DNA of 36,411 bases, from positions 1 through 36,411 of IMG/VR virus record IMGVR_UViG_3300008255_000264. One strand, written 5' to 3'. Source of the DNA: a virus (Duplodnaviria > Caudoviricetes). Positions 35,265 through 36,411 of this stretch are shown one piece after another. A program made the translations under genes and the position numbers. Numbering within the stretch: the first letter of the stretch is position 1; each line of letters begins with the position of its first letter. The notes below the pieces were generated by a model that worked only from the letters and a program-made list of their open reading frames with translations, was not told the origin of the DNA and did not search any database.

Positions 35265-35711
35265 ATGTCGAACACTTCAAACCTTCATATCATTTTTGAC
35301 GGCCCTCCGGGGCCGATTGCCGGACGCTTTGTGGAATGCGAGACGCCTGACGGTCGCAGCCTCGACGCTGGCAACTGGAGTGAGCGTCCTGACGGTCTGT
35401 GGCAGCTTGTCATTTCGTGCTTTGCCGGAACCGCCGAAGCGCCGCGCGCCACGTCGATCACCCTAGAACAAAGCCTGCGCGACCTGATGGATGCGCACAA
35501 CCTTTCCTCAATCTCGATTGGCCTGATCCGTGGCGCTGATGGTGTCGCGTTTCCCAATTGCTATGTGCAGGGCGATGGCTTCTGTGGATCCGCTGTCCAC
35601 CGCCTGCCGCTTGCCGATGAAGTCGCGGCGGCGATTGCTGAACTGAACGCCAAGCGCGGGGCTACTCCGATTGTCGAGTTGCCCGCCCTCGTGATCGGGG
35701 AGGCAGCATAA
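35265..35711 (+). CDS. Hypothetical early protein
   Basis: Start revised to ATG 35265 with GGAG RBS; FDGPPGP..GRFVE motif. Confidence 0.7.
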   Translation: MSNTSNLHIIFDGPPGPIAGRFVECETPDGRSLDAGNWSERPDGLWQLVISCFAGTAEAPRATSITLEQSLRDLMDAHNLSSISIGLIRGADGVAFPNCYVQGDGFCGSAVHRLPLADEVAAAIAELNAKRGATPIVELPALVIGEAA

Positions 35712-36079
35712 TGCCCTACATCACCCAAGCCCAACTGCCCGACCTGCTACGGCGCTTCGAAAACGTCCGGTTCGCTGGCGATGATCGCGGCCAGCGCAAG
35801 TATGTCGATATTGCCGCCGCATGGTATGACGACGAAGACGAGGGCGCTTGCAAGTATCCCGATTGCGATGTTCGCGCAGTGCTTGGTGCTGGCGTTGAGC
35901 GGCAGTGGGATGGCAAGGCGAGCGTCATTCCGTGGGGCTGCATCCGCAGCATCACCGTTGGCGATTATGCCCGCGATGGTGACGGCTTCCTGCAATATCG
36001 CCCGCGCCAGATTTACAATGTGATTTGGGAGCGTGAGGCTCGCGCGGCGGAAAGCTACGTGCCGGGGTTCGTGGCATGA
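35711..36079 (+). CDS. Hypothetical early protein
   Basis: TAATG overlap with upstream gene; GGAGG RBS. Confidence 0.65.
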   Translation: MPYITQAQLPDLLRRFENVRFAGDDRGQRKYVDIAAAWYDDEDEGACKYPDCDVRAVLGAGVERQWDGKASVIPWGCIRSITVGDYARDGDGFLQYRPRQIYNVIWEREARAAESYVPGFVA

Positions 36080-36411
36080 GCGGGGGTTGGACGCCGGGGC
36101 CGTGGCGGGTTTATGGCTGCTCGTTTCCTGAACACGAAGAAGATCAGGGAGCATCCTACCACATTGCCGCTGATGGCATGGTCGCAAGCGCTGCCAACGC
36201 CCACCTAATCGCAGCCGCGCCGGAACTGGCCGATTTTTTCCAGCCCTATGCCGAACGCGCGCATATGGGCAGCGAAAGGGTCCATATTCATTGCGCGCAA
36301 CCGCATGAATTTGGCGATCCCGCAAACGAGTGGGCGCACTATTGCGCTGGCTATATATGCAGCGTGACAGACACCAGCGTGACGAAATACGTCAGTGGCA
36401 CCAATTCCGAA
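36076..36411 (+). CDS. TPGPW...ANA.LIAAAPEL family phage protein, truncated at window edge
   Basis: Hand-translated MSGGWTPGPWRV...AANAHLIAAAPEL from an ATGA overlap; not in the ORF track. Confidence 0.65.
   Translation, partial: MSGGWTPGPWRVYGCSFPEHEEDQGASYHIAADGMVASAANAHLIAAAPELADFFQPYAERAHMGSERVHIHCAQPHEFGDPANEWAHYCAGYICSVTDTSVTKYVSGTNSE

Noticed and set aside
1-36411. Genome-wide TAG recoding
   Set aside because: TAG acts as a normal stop elsewhere (6017, 26026 with an overlapping next start, 2205), and long genes are not fragmented. Only the 7496 case looks special.
1-36411. CRISPR array, tRNA/rRNA, integrase/att site, lysis cassette, reverse transcriptase/DGR
   Set aside because: None recognised by eye. 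Lifestyle (temperate or lytic) cannot be determined from this window.

Overview
The whole window reads as part of a tailed dsDNA phage genome with siphovirus-type virion genes. The host is probably an alphaproteobacterium, but that is inferred from gene style and not verified. From 1 to about 16.6 kb there is a minus-strand late operon: TerS, TerL, portal, protease/scaffold, decoration protein, major capsid, head-tail proteins, tail tube, frameshifted chaperone, tape measure and tail tip. A NusG-family regulator sits directly upstream of it. From about 17.4 to 31.3 kb there is a mostly minus-strand replication/nucleotide module. It holds a primase-helicase, DnaE-type polymerase, Mom-like DNA modifier, DEDDh exonuclease, two freestanding endonucleases and an SSB-like protein. 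It also holds a compact cluster of FAD oxidoreductase, SAM methyltransferase, non-canonical ThyX, Nmad5-like protein, HAD phosphatase and Nmad1/DUF6378-like protein. From 31.5 kb onward are plus-strand early genes and an SNF2 helicase. The best candidate for an undescribed system is the nucleotide/DNA-modification cluster around the ThyX with altered active-site residues. Other notable signals are two diverged ~160-170 bp origin-like elements with terminal inverted repeats bracketing the module, a four-member promoter+hairpin leader family, and an in-frame continuation past a TAG in the tail terminator gene. No tRNA, rRNA, CRISPR, integrase or lysis genes were recognised. All family calls come from motif recognition by eye, not database searches.
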